Below, piece by piece: positions 38,645 through 50,858 of a DNA stretch of 64,000 nt. Position 1 is the stretch's first letter; each line of letters begins with the position of its first letter. Source of the stretch: Spironucleus salmonicida (lineage: Eukaryota); contig NC_090598.1 of assembly GCF_000497125.1 (NCBI RefSeq), positions 744,001 to 808,000 of the forward strand. Reading direction: 5' to 3'. Under the pieces are notes generated by a model. That model worked only from the letters and a program-made list of their open reading frames with translations, did no database searches and was not told where the DNA came from. The position numbers and the translations under genes are program-made.

Positions 38645-38938
38645 TCACACCAGCACCCGCACCGCCTTGAAGCCCTCGGGCCCCAGGCCGCAGCCCCGCA
38701 GGTCGAGCACCTCCAGGCCCTCCACCAGGCCGGTGTCGGCGGACCGCAGTCCCCTGCAGTCGGCCAGCTTCAGGACCCGGAGGACCAGCGGCGCCGTGGC
38801 GCTCAGCCGCACGAGCCGCGAGCCCGTGAAGTCCGCACCGTCGAACGGCACCCTGACGCTCGCGAGGTCGAACTGCAGCACGCTGGCGCCCCGGAAGTCG
38901 AGGATGGCCAGACCGTTGAAGTTGCGGTAGAACTTCAT
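38645..38938 (-). CDS. Small leucine-rich-repeat-like protein, 97 aa
   Basis: MKFYRNFNGLAILDFRG...LRVLKLADCRGL...LEVLDLRGCGL; LxxLxL units; GC3-rich. Confidence 0.6.
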   Translation of the reverse strand: MKFYRNFNGLAILDFRGASVLQFDLASVRVPFDGADFTGSRLVRLSATAPLVLRVLKLADCRGLRSADTGLVEGLEVLDLRGCGLGPEGFKAVRVLV

Positions 38939-38983
38939 TCCGGGGGCATGCCTTATAATACAATATCCGGCCCCTCTACGCAA

Positions 38984-39511
38984 ATGGCGAACGACGCGCA
39001 GAAGAAGATCGTCCAGCAGAACGCGGCCACCGTGGGGAAGCTGCGCAGCGCGATCGCGGCCGTCTTCGCCTTCCACCTGGCCCTCTCCTACGGCCTGCGG
39101 GCCCGCTCTGTGCGGCTCCCGCGCGTCTGCTGCTCCTGCCTGGCCATGGGGCCCGTCTGCGCGATATACCGCGCCCTGGCCCGCTTCGCGCAGCCCAGCA
39201 TGGACGGCACGCAGACGCTGCGCAACAACTCGCCCATCACCCAGGGCCACCTCTTCTCGGCCCTCTTCGACGTGGTCTACGTGCTGCTGTTCTGCCTCGT
39301 GCTGCTCAGCTTCGGCGACGGGATGCGCTGGAGCTTCCTCCTCCTGCCGCTGGGCGCCGTGGCGGTCCTCTGGGTCAAGGTCGCCCGGCCCTGGCTGTTC
39401 CAGTCCCGCTTCGACGACGAGGGCGAGCGGCAGAAGCAGCTGGAGATGGACCAGGCATACGCGAAGGCCAGGGAGCGCGCCGAGCGCGGCAGGAGGAAGT
39501 ACAAGTTCTGA
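38984..39511 (+). CDS. TMEM208: TMEM208/SND2 (DUF788) ER-targeting protein, 175 aa
   Basis: MANDAQKKIVQQNAATVGKL..., LARFAQP, LFDVVYV...LLLP, basic C-terminal tail. Confidence 0.8.
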   Translation: MANDAQKKIVQQNAATVGKLRSAIAAVFAFHLALSYGLRARSVRLPRVCCSCLAMGPVCAIYRALARFAQPSMDGTQTLRNNSPITQGHLFSALFDVVYVLLFCLVLLSFGDGMRWSFLLLPLGAVAVLWVKVARPWLFQSRFDDEGERQKQLEMDQAYAKARERAERGRRKYKF

Positions 39512-41153
39512 GCTCACTCTTTTTCGTTTGTAGTGTATTCACAGATCCAGACTTTCTGCAAAAGCATTCACAAGCTAAAATCAGCAATCCAGCCACAATT
39601 CCAGATACCCCCGTTATACTATACACTAGCGTATTACTATATATTCTTGTCTGATCGAAAAACTAAATCACGGGAATTATGACTTGATCATATTATACAA
39701 TAGAATAAAGCCTCTTGCTCGTAATTAGAGATGAAACTTTCTGTGCAGTGGCTCGGTCCACAGAATCTTCAAATGCGATAGAATAGTTTTGCACTGAAAA
39801 AATATCTCGTCGACTGAGCACTAGGAATGGTTCAGGCAAGATATCTGTTATTAAACCATTTTTAACCGTTTTTTCAAAAAATGATACTTAGATTAGATAT
39901 CTGGATTATACTTGGAGTGTACATCCTATAATATAAATCGGCGCATTGCCTATTTAAATTGATCCCTCGACGGCATTGCTTTCGAACTAAACAGTCAGCT
40001 AAGTGTATTCATAACACGACTGATATCTTCTTGGATTTAACATTATGAAATCAAGCGCGCCGTTGTCTCTATATACGAGGACTGTGACTGAAACAAGAAG
40101 AGTCTCCTCCTTTCCTAGAAAGGATAGTAATTCAATGCAAGTGGGGTCTTCAACCTATTTGCACTCTACTGATAATGTGGTAGTTTCTTAGCGGAATTCC
40201 GACTGGTTATTTTAGTACGTCCATGTGACGCCTTCACCTGCAATTTCAGAATTTGTAATCCCAACAATAACTTCCGTTAAATTTGATGAAAACACACATT
40301 TGTTAGTAGGCGTAAAGTATAGGATTATAAGTTCTCCGTTAATTTGGTAAGAGGAGTCTGAGTAGCAATTAACAAGATTGGTATCAAAAATGTTATCTAT
40401 TGAAGTTGTGAATGTAAGATAATCTGTATCAGGATTGTTTAGTTAGAAATAAAGATTGAATTGAAGGTCCACTATGGCGTTGTAAATAATATTATTTACC
40501 ATCTAGTCGCACTCACTTACGTTGGGAAAATTATTACAGTTGAACACCACTTCGATAGGTGAAGATTCAGTGAGGGAGGAAAACTGCACGCCAACCTAAA
40601 ATATAAGGGACTAATCGAATACTACCAACTCAGCTAACACAGTTTCATTTAACTACTCCGGTGCGAGCCCAGAGGGTTTCTTGCCAAACTGTGTAATCGA
40701 GTAATTACACCCATTTTGCTTGGCTGATATCGTAAAGACGTTGTCTGCTAGAGACGCCTTAACGTCAACTAGGCAATCATTCGCGTTGAAGCTTAGCACC
40801 GAGAAGTAGGCCAGGGTCTGCTTCACCTCGGCGTCCATGTCCAGGAAGGTGATCTTGAAGTTCGACTGGGTGGTGAGAAGCCCGGCCTCTTTTTCCGCAT
40901 CGGTCTCAAAGGGAATATTGATCTGAATGTTCTGCAGATGGCGATACTCAAAATTCTCGGAAAAGGCTTCCTGGGCGTTGACCAGTTCCACTGATGCTCT
41001 GGTGAGTCTGCCGTCGAGCTTCTGACAGATTTCGAAGGCGCTCGATGTGGACTCCGGGAGGTACGTGGCCCGCAATATGCCCATCCCGGTAATCGGGTTG
41101 TACACGAAGGTGGCGTTGGGTAAATAGCTGCTGACGGCGGGCAGACTTAGCAT
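39375..41153 (-). CDS. Type-I surface protein family, copy 2 (592 aa if read to first TGA; overlaps TMEM208 3' end)
   Basis: MLSLPAVSSYLPNATFVYNPIT...QSNFKITFLDMDAEVKQTLAYF; no in-frame TGA until 39375; TM GVSGIVAGLLILAC. Confidence 0.8.
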
Positions 41154-42644
41154 TAAATAACGGATAAATATGTAACTAGTATGATGTTTTAATATATGAT
41201 ACAAGAAAAATAAATTCAATTTTGTAAAATGATATACATTGTCCTTCAATATGTTATTGTATTTTGTTAAAAATACAAATATGTAAGTTTTTATAAATTA
41301 TGTAATAGTTAATCTGAAGCGTTGATAACAAATTACATTATATAGTAATTTCTCTATGTGAAATAATAGTATCCTCCTTATAAATCTAAATTATATATTA
41401 AAAATATTTATCAATCATAACACTAGTAAAAAAATGCTACATATATTGTCATTTAATTATTCAACTTGTAATTTATTTCTAGAATTCTATATGTTAAATA
41501 CTAATTAGCATTTATTTCTCATAGTTTTTGCTGTTTGTTTTCTGTTAAGATAGAATTATTATTAATAATAGAAATAGTATAATCTTTATAGGGGTGCATT
41601 TCTATCCAGAACAAGATAATAATATTTTAATATCAAGTTTTATAAGTATTTTTGATTTATATGTACTCTTCAGCGTAATAAATTTAATTACATAGCAATG
41701 TAAAGCATTCAATGTTTTAACTAAAAGAACAGTCTTTTATATATATCTTAAACCATACGAACAATGAATATATTGATACACTTAATTAATAATATGTAAG
41801 TATCCTTTTATTAATAATAATTTTATTAAAACAGAGAGTAAAAGCTGAAATATAATTTTAGTTTGTGATGAATCTTATTATCATTATGATACTGAAATTT
41901 ACTAGCAACTCACTAACTTAGATCTTACATCAAAAAATTATAACATTTATTTTTGTTATTATAATGTTAATAAATATATTAAATTCTAATTATCAGTGAT
42001 TGTTAAGTACAATATAGAATATAAATTCATTAATTTATTATGTTAAACAAAGTATTATTAGCACATGCTTAATCGAGATTCAAATTTATAATCATTATAT
42101 TTTACATTATAATATAGAATTGGATTTTATTTACTCTATTACTTGGTAGTTATTTACCACATAACAATAAGTATAATATATATCATATAACTTCGCATAA
42201 AGTTTAGTCTTCTGTTAAGAGGTCATTAAAATTCCATATTTTTTTAAGTCGTCTTTAGATTATAATAAAATATTAATTATTAGTGTAATTACACTATTGA
42301 TTTGGGATATATTGTAAGATTGTAAATATCGTCAGGAACTTATAATATTCCAAAAAAAACTTTTCAATTAATTTATTAGAAAATCAGCTGAATAATTATT
42401 ATTATCAGCATGTAATTAAATAATAATAATAAATAGCTTGGATAATATATTATTGCTTATTCTAATTTTTAATAATTTAACCTCAAATAAAACCGGTTGA
42501 CGAACATATAAAATTTAATTCTAAGTTCCACTATTACTAAAAATTCTGCAACAACTATCTTTAAGTAAAAAACGACCAGCAGCATATTACATTATAACAT
42601 CAGATAATATACATTATTATAATTCTATAAAAACAAATCAGAGG

Positions 42645-44273
42645 TCATATCAGCCGTTTGATTTTTCGCATAAAAATTAAAATTTCCAATCCGGCTATAA
42701 AAATACCACCTAATAATCCACCAATAATCATAATCATGTAAATAGGCGTTTAATCATAAAGATCTGCCTAATCTATCGTATTGAACACCGGAAGCCGGAT
42801 AGTGCCATAACGAATCAGGGCGTAAAACATATCTTATCGGACCAGACTCGATATCTCTCGAATGACGTTCAAATCTGTCAAACTGAATTATATAGATGTG
42901 TTTGCCGTTGAAAACTAGTCTATAATCGAGAATTCATAGAATGGGGTATCCTCAATTTGCGTTATCGACCCGTCTGGAACTGTGTGCCGGTACAGAAAAA
43001 GGCTTATCGTCTACCTCGTTAACACGTTGAGTTAGCAGGTCTGGAATGCAATTGCATGGCTTTTCAGGATGAGTTTTGCTTCCACTGCACCCTTTGGGAA
43101 ACTCAAAAGCATTTCAGTTGATGTATAACATTCTTGATACTTAGATGGCTCAATAATGATAAAATTAACTGTACCATCCGTATTATGGATCACAATTCTG
43201 AAGAACATAAACACGTTCTATATTTTTTCCAAAACTGAGATACTTGATTTACAAAATTTATCGTCTAGCTATTTGCATTCAACCGAGTATCTAGTAGATT
43301 CACTAGTAAGTTCTGCAATCTTGATATCTGCCGTCCATATCTTAGCATTTTATAAATTCATGCTATCCGTAAGGCCGATAATTGTTTGTACTCTTCCATC
43401 ACCAAAGTTACATTTCCCTGTTGGATTGAGGTAGAAAACAACCATCTGAGTGTTCAGCTGATACGTGGTATTTTTGAAACAGTTGTCATACCCGACCTCG
43501 AAAATCTAGTTAATTTTGGTGTTTATTTATAGGAAGCTATGATCAGGGCGTTGCATTTAGTAGTTAAAAATGATGTTAAAATCTAGCACCGGAGTCAGCG
43601 CGAGGCTCCGTATTATGTCAAAGCAGATCTCCGCATCTATTTCATCTTACTGGTGCACACAGTCAAAGATGATTTCAAACCTGTTAGCATCCGGTTGATC
43701 CCGCAGCAAGAGGCCACTGGGCATATCTAACAGTTTATCAAAAAGTGACAAGCTCGCAATAACGGTTTTATTGAAGCTCTCGTCATCGATTCCTCCACCT
43801 GCGGCAAACTGTGTATTTGAGAGGTCGCATCCGCGATTTTCAGCGCGTATGACTATTTGTGACCCGTGGATCTCGCAGACAGCGCTAGCAATGCAGTCAT
43901 CATGGTTGAACACAAGTAGTGAGAAGTATGAGAGCGTTTGACGAATTTCAGCGTCCATATCCATAATCTACACAAGGAAATTGGACTGGCGAGTGACAAG
44001 TCCAGCATTTTGCTGAGCGACCGAATCAAATGAGATCTGGAGGTGTAGCTACTCCAAGTGCCTGAAATTGAAATTTGAGGATATCGCAATTTCAGAGTTT
44101 GCGAGCTCGACTTTGGCCCTGGCGAGGTGGTTCTACAGTTACGCGCATAGCTTGAAAGGGCTGGAATCATCTGGTGGTAAATAGGAGGCGGTTAGGGTAC
44201 CTTGGTGCGTGATCGGATTGTAGATGAAAGTAGCGTTAGGCTGGTAACATGTGAGACTAAGCGTAAGGAGCAT
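42645..44273 (-). CDS. Type-I surface protein family, copy 3 (542 aa)
   Basis: MLLTLSLTCYQPNATFIYNPIT...QSNFLVQIMDMDAEIRQTLSYF; TM IYMIMIIGGLLGGIFIAGL; RKIKRLI*. Confidence 0.85.
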
Positions 44274-45547
44274 TCTAGTATAATGGAACGCACGTTTGGA
44301 GCGGTAAATATAATGTTATTTGTGTTAAAAAAATTTTTATGATATATTAATATAAATTGAATATAGGAAGGTAAAAGAAATAGGGTTTTTAGAATTTTAA
44401 ATACAGAATAATAAAAGGTTATTGGTACAATCTAATTTGTTGACAATGGAAAACATTACGTATATAATATACATTATAAACAGATTGCTAAGAAATAAAT
44501 GTTACGAAATTCTAGTAAACTTATAAGTCTAGGCTTTCAATAGTGAGTGGTATAGTTTATTTTGTAATTATATCTGATTGTACTTGTTAACAATATGCAT
44601 AAAGCAAAACACTAATAGTAAAAAACAATTCAATTATAAGACGATTATTGTAATTACTTTATAACTTTTGTTTGCATTACAATTAATTAAATAATGAGAT
44701 TATAATGGAATACCTAATAAAATTTTCAAATTTAAAACTAATAGAGTAAATAGTATAAAACTAGGTTAACTATATATTGTGAATTTTTTATATTTAGATA
44801 TAAAAGGTAACGACAATAAAAAGAAAATTCCTTGATTAGACTTATTCTAATGTTATTGAAAAACTAAGATAAATAAAAAAATAATTATCACACATAGCTA
44901 TCCACAATTGATCTTTTAAACAACTCTCAAGTATCGTCTAAAATCTCAGAATTGTTATACCAAATTTAAAATGGATTATAACATTAAAATAATAAAATAC
45001 TTAAGTCAGTTGTACAAGTTTTAACTACGTTATAAATTCAATTTTTAATTAATTCAAGAACATTTCTTTGTTTATTTCGACTTAGTAAATAAAATTAAAA
45101 AGATTCTGCTAAAATTATATTCATAATTTTTTCGTAGTTAAGAATTTATCTAGTGATACTAATATAAATGATATTTTTTCAGTGAAAATAACTCATATAA
45201 TTGGAAAGCGGTAATGGAAAATAGGAATACATAGAAAAATATAACAAATATAACGTGAATAGAGAAGCAGTAAAAAACTTGAAAGGTAAAATTAGTAAAA
45301 AGACTTCTTATAATGAGGGAATTACTATTAGATTGATATGGAAGCAACCGTAATATCTAGAGTATAGGTGGATCTATATCTATAAGACTTTAATCCAATG
45401 CTAAAAATCATATAATATATAAGAAAGCAATTACAAGGAATTTAAAGCCATAAAATAAGATATATATCCAATCTGTAACGACATTGACGGAGTTAAACAG
45501 ATAATAAATGCATATTCCTAATAAAATGCAAATAAACTAAGGCTATT

Positions 45548-45675
45548 AGAAAGCAGATGGTGTACAAGGCGATGGAGACAAGCCGGTGCAGCCCTTCCTG
45601 CCGGTGAGAGCCGAGCCAAAGTACACGGTGCCGAAAACGTTCAACTTTACCATGTTCAAGAGCCCGTGCAAGTGA
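45548..45675 (+). pseudogene. 3' fragment of TPX2-like gene with 1-bp deletion
   Basis: Matches 53453-53581; GGAGACA vs GGAGTACA. Confidence 0.85.
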
Positions 45676-45745
45676 CCACTCTACATTTGGAACGAATATA
45701 AATAGTTGATTATTTTATGTATAGTCACCTTCTAAGTCTGCGTAA

Positions 45746-47260
45746 ATGTCGTACTTCGTGCCATCGCAGACCTCCCAGCTGCACCAGATATCCGATTTGC
45801 TGAGGCCCATAAAGGACCTTTCGGATGCATGGCAGATCGACCTGGAACCCTACATTGAGGACTTCTACAGCACCTTCACGGAGGACGAAATTCCAGATTT
45901 CCGGGACGCGGCGGCGCTGGTGTTGGGGGCGAGCAGCATATTTGCGCGCAAGGTCGACTTCCTGTACGACTAGCTGCAGGCTGCCCTGATACAGAACAGC
46001 AGGAACCAGAAGCCCAGCCGGCGCAAATCCCTGGCGGCCTTTTCGGGCCAGAACATCATCATCGACTACATAGCGTCGCCCCAAGAGTACGACCTGACCT
46101 CGTACTTTGAGCAGTTCCAGCAGGAGCCCACCGAGGACCTGTGCCTGCTGCCCCGCGACCCCCAGACCAGCCTGTGCTCCAGGACCTCGCTGGAGACCCA
46201 GAACTACAAAATCTCGCCCGTGTTCTCCGCCATCTAGCAGCAGCAACTCCTGGTGTTTGAGCACTGGGACACGCCCCAGCTGTACAGAGCGCTCAATGGC
46301 GACGTCAAGGCAGGCCCGACGCTGTTCTCGACGCCCCTGAACCCCAAGATGTACGAGCAGATGAGCAGGCTGGTCGGCGCCGAGAAAAGTGTCATCGCGC
46401 CGCAGCAACCTCTGCCGCCATCCGCTCTGAGCTCCCAGCCCGACTCTCCGCCCGGCCACGATATGGTGCAGCCAAGCGAGAACTCTGACCCGGGCGAGGG
46501 CCCAGACGACATCAACCTGGACGAGCTCTCGTTCCATGCCATCCTCGACATTGCGACAGAGAGCATCGCCGACCAGATGGATACGCTCTTTTAGAAAATC
46601 CAGGGCTTTTGCGATCAAAAGGCCGCCAAGGTCGCAGCCGCCAAGCCCTTCCAGCTGATGCGGCCTAACGAGATTCTGCCTCCCAGGTAGGACGTCAGGA
46701 TCGGAAACTACGTCTTCGTGGGCGAGTTGGCGGGCCTGGACTACCAGGAGCGCGGTTTCGACTACGACCTCGTCGCCCTAAACAACACCGACGCGTTCGT
46801 CACCGCCGGCACCTTTTACTCGGACAGCGTGCACTCTGCGACCGCCAAAAAGGCGATCTTCGGCGCGAGGTAGGTGGTCTCCGTGGAACAAGACCAGGCG
46901 TCACGCCAGGCTGAGCAGACCCAGGGCAGCCAGATCCAGCTCGATTTCGAGATCCCGAAGGAGCCGCTGGTGCAGCGCCAGCTCCAGAAGGGCAGTGGGT
47001 TCGTGTATCGGAAAATAATAAACCACGACTACCTGTTCTGGAAGAAGAGCACGATCGTAAGCACGGCGCCCTTCGATATCTAGGAGGTCACGAAGGCCGT
47101 TCTAGACCAAAGCGGCGAGAAGGTGCTCCTCCGGCAGCTGAGCAAAAACAGGCGCGAGCTGTCCCAGAACTTCATGGGCGCCCTGCTGCTGGCCAGCCAG
47201 GGCAAGTGCGAGATCATCGACGAGGGCGAGCGGGGCATCTTTGTGTTGCGGAAGGACTGA
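45746..47260 (+). CDS. NCAPH2: Condensin II kleisin CAP-H2 homologue, 504 aa
   Basis: N-terminal LLRPIKDLSDAWQIDL...FRDAAALVLGASSIFARKVDFLY; C-terminal PFDIQ...LSQNFMGALLLASQGKCEI. Confidence 0.8.
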
Positions 47261-48047
47261 GGAGGCGGCGTCTCGGATGCGCGCCAACTGACCTCCTGGA
47301 GATGGTGCGGGCGGAGGCATGTGGCTGTTTGCGCGGGCTAGTTGGTGGCGAAAGTATCCCGCTGAGAGTTGTGCGGCCGGACTATGCGCGACGGGCGCAG
47401 CCTAAAGTTTGAACTACGATAGTGCTTACCAGTCCAGCAAATGCGGGGAGGCAGTTTAGGCAGTATCCGCCAATTGGCGGATTAGCCAGCCCAGAACATC
47501 ATCCTTTACGAACCACGCCGTTGGCAACTGCAGGATAATAGTAACATATGCACCAGTGGAGTACGCTCGACTCCAATTTAAGGTGGGGTGTATTCGTAAA
47601 TTGTAAATGTTAAATGTCACTAGAAGCGGCTAGTTACTGCAGGTGGGTGCGGTAAGGATGGTTTAGGTTTACGCGAAAAGGAGAGGAACATGGTGTCTAG
47701 TCATTTGCTTGTTGGATTTTGTGTAATTATCTCCTGTATTTTCTAGTTTACTATCTTGAAGTTATATAAATGTACTGTACATTAGGTGTATAAAAATTAC
47801 TTCACAACAATTTAGATATGATTTTACGGTAATTACAATGAATATTAATTGTAACTTTTTCATTATTAATAAATTAAAATACGTTAAGATTATTCATCTA
47901 CTTTGTAACAGATATTTTTTGATATTTTTGGATTATGAGGACATTCTCAACTTCGACTAGATAGGAATCTAAACAGTGATTTGCTATTTATTATATTACT
48001 ATACTTTTACTTAATACAAAGTCAACACAAAATAATTTAGTATATAG

Positions 48048-48563
48048 ATGCTATTTTTGCAACTAAAGAGGTCCATTATTCTCGACGACTCGCAACAAAA
48101 TCGTAGATTAACCTGCTGCCTCCAGTCCAAAAACAATAGTTTTAACACAAAAGCAATCTTTAACGCGCTATCTATCCATTTACCCTAACAATTATAGTTT
48201 GTCAACTGCATTAATTCTTAAACACAATTTTGTGTAACTTTCATCCCAACTGTTTGCATTCACTAAATAAGTCTGAAATCAATTATTTACGGTACAGTTT
48301 AACTCATTTGGGCGCCAGCACAGGATATTGACAACCAATTAAAACCAAGTCATCTATTATGTCCGTTAACGCGTATTTCAAGTACACGAGATATTGCATT
48401 ATTATATTCTAATACACTTAAAATCAATTTTTCTTCCAGAAATTCAACAAACCTGTCAACAAAGCCAACGAATATGGATTTGAAAACGCTGAAAGGCCCG
48501 AACCAGAGTTTGATTTGCAGCCCATTTTCTTTTAGAAATCAAAAATAAATATCATTCAAATGA
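48048..48563 (+). CDS. Hypothetical protein, 171 aa
   Basis: Open 172 codons with TAR=Gln; no recognised motif. Confidence 0.45.
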
Positions 48564-48679
48564 TATAATAAACGCTAAATTTTAATTCAGAATTAGAGCA
48601 ATTCGTACCAAATCTCATGCCACAACAGTCCCAAAACTCGCTATTTTGCACATTTCGCGCGAAGTTTCCAATAAACCGC

Positions 48680-49168
48680 TCAAATCAACGCTGCGGACCC
48701 CAATTCGCCGCGTTTAGCCCACGTTTTCCGCATCCTGAGAAAGCGGCAGCGGACCTGGTTGTCCGTACGGTCGCCCAGCGCGGCTGCAATTTCGCTCCAA
48801 CCAGGCTACGGGACGCGGGACGCCATGGCGATGAGTACCTGGTCCTGGGATGGCGTCCACTGGCCCTTGCAGAGCCCTGGACGCAGCACACGCGCAAAGC
48901 GCTGCTGACACTGCGACGGGCTGAATGGGAGCTTGAGCGCAGCCCGCCCGAAGTCGTTGGGGTGCTCCTGTATCAGTTTCAGGAGCAGTGCATCGTGTTC
49001 GGCGGTCCAGTGAGAGCGCGTTTTAGCGACTTTTTGCGGATATGCGGTGAGCGGGATAGAGCGCGTCCGAAGCTCCGGTTCAAGGTGGCAAGAGCAGGCG
49101 GTAAGGTCTCCTATCTGGTCATAGGTGATAAGGCCCATGCAGTAGCATGCGTATTGCTGGGGGAGCAT
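48680..49168 (-). CDS. Two-repeat (R2R3-type) Myb transcription factor, 162 aa
   Basis: HWTAEHDALLLKLI...QCQQRFARVLRPGLCKGQWTPSQDQVLI...WSEIAAALGDRTDNQVRCRF. Confidence 0.92.
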
Positions 49169-49493
49169 TTGGAGTCGAAAATGAGATTCTAGTAGAATAT
49201 ATATAATAATTTACTAAATTGATTCAATTCATACTTTCCTTTTCCACTCCCCAGGATGATTAGTTACAGCCGCCCCAGACTCAATACTGAGGACGCAAAG
49301 GTTTGACTGACGCTTTCAAGTATTTATATTTCTTTAGCCTGCGGGTACTCGTTACTTATTATACGATCTCTGCCGTGCTTATCGGGCACCGTAGGCGGGC
49401 TCGCCATAGGGCTGCTGCGCTACACCAGAGCGGGCTGGCCCCTCCGCTGCTCCAGAGGGCGCGAAGGCCTGCCCACAGTGATCCACGTCATAC

Positions 49494-49688
49494 TCACTAG
49501 TCCCCAGGGTCGTCTGGTGCCAGCGAGCTCTCGCAGATACCGTCCAGCAGGCAGAACTCCTTGACCTCGTCCAGGCTGAACTCGCGCACGCACAGGTTGT
49601 CCAGGCTCATCAGCCGGCTGGCGAAGGCGCACCGGATGGGCTCCTTGGGCCGGGGCTTGAAGCTGCCATGCCTCAGGTGCAGCGGCAT
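49494..49688 (-). CDS. 'MPLHLR' small protein, duplicate
   Basis: Copy of 38147-38341 with QS>HG change. Confidence 0.72.
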
Positions 49689-49991
49689 TTTCCTTGACAA
49701 TGTGCTGGCGAAGGGGTATCAATATAAGGCGAGCCGCTCAAGAATGGAAAGGGCATTTGCGCGAGTGCAGATGAGTTAGCAAGGAAACCAGTTTCTCCGT
49801 TTTCCATACCTCATATTAGGCCATTGTGACGCCAGTTCCCAAACAAAGCGGAAAGTCCAAAGTATACAGTGCGTATTCCCGCGTAATACGGCCATCTAGA
49901 AAGGGGCTGGGCAATGCTGCGCAGGGTCCGCCCTCTGCCGCTGGCCGTCGGTCCTGCTGCCTCCGGCCCGCTGAGCCACCCTGCCGCGGAG

Positions 49992-50285
49992 TCACACCAG
50001 CACCCGCACCGCCTTGAAGCCCTCGGGCCCCAGGCCGCAGCCCCGCAGGTCGAGCACCTCCAGGCCCTCCACCAGGCCGGTGTCGGCGGACCGCAGTCCC
50101 CTGCAGTCGGCCAGCTTCAGGACCCGGAGGACCAGCGGCGCCGTGGCGCTCAGCCGCACGAGCCGCGAGCCCGTGAAGTCCGCACCGTCGAACGGCACCC
50201 TGACGCTCGCGAGGTCGAACTGCAGCACGCTGGCGCCCCGGAAGTCGAGGATGGCCAGACCGTTGAAGTTGCGGTAGAACTTCAT
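49992..50285 (-). CDS. Small LRR-like protein, duplicate
   Basis: Copy of 38645-38938. Confidence 0.6.
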   Translation of the reverse strand: MKFYRNFNGLAILDFRGASVLQFDLASVRVPFDGADFTGSRLVRLSATAPLVLRVLKLADCRGLRSADTGLVEGLEVLDLRGCGLGPEGFKAVRVLV

Positions 50286-50330
50286 TCCGGGGGCATGCCT
50301 TATAATACAATATCCGGCCCCTCTACGCAA

Positions 50331-50858
50331 ATGGCGAACGACGCGCAGAAGAAGATCGTCCAGCAGAACGCGGCCACCGTGGGGAAGCTGCGCAGCGCGA
50401 TCGCGGCCGTCTTCGCCTTCCACCTGGCCCTCTCCTACGGCCTGCGGGCCCGCTCCGTGCGGCTCCCGCGCGTCTGCTGCTCCTGCCTGGCCATGGGGCC
50501 CGTCTGCGCGATCTACCGCGCCCTGGCCCGCTTCGCGCAGCCCAGCATGGACGGCACGCAGACGCTGCGCAACAACTCGCCCATCACCCAGGGCCACCTC
50601 TTCTCGGCCCTCTTCGACGTGGTCTACGTGCTGCTGTTCTGCCTCGTGCTGCTCAGCTTCAGCGACGGGATGCGCTGGAGCTTCCTCCTCCTGCCGCTGG
50701 GCGCCGTGGCGGTCCTCTGGGTCAAGGTCGCCCGGCCCTGGCTGTTCCAGTCCCGCTTCGACGACGAGGGCGAGCGGCAGAAGCAGCTGGAGATGGACCA
50801 GGCATACGCGAAGGCCAGGGAGCGCGCCGAGCGCGGCAGGAGGAAGTACAAGTTCTGA
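50331..50858 (+). CDS. TMEM208: TMEM208/SND2, duplicate
   Basis: Copy of 38984-39511 (one G>S change). Confidence 0.8.
   Translation: MANDAQKKIVQQNAATVGKLRSAIAAVFAFHLALSYGLRARSVRLPRVCCSCLAMGPVCAIYRALARFAQPSMDGTQTLRNNSPITQGHLFSALFDVVYVLLFCLVLLSFSDGMRWSFLLLPLGAVAVLWVKVARPWLFQSRFDDEGERQKQLEMDQAYAKARERAERGRRKYKF

Larger units (their letters stand above)
37887..41150 (+). repeat. Segmental duplication A (3264 bp), direct copy at 49234-52497
   Basis: Offset 11347 throughout. Confidence 0.95.
45548..47726 (+). repeat. Segmental duplication B (~2.18 kb), direct copy at ~53453-55635
   Basis: Offset 7905-7909; near-identical core. Confidence 0.93.
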
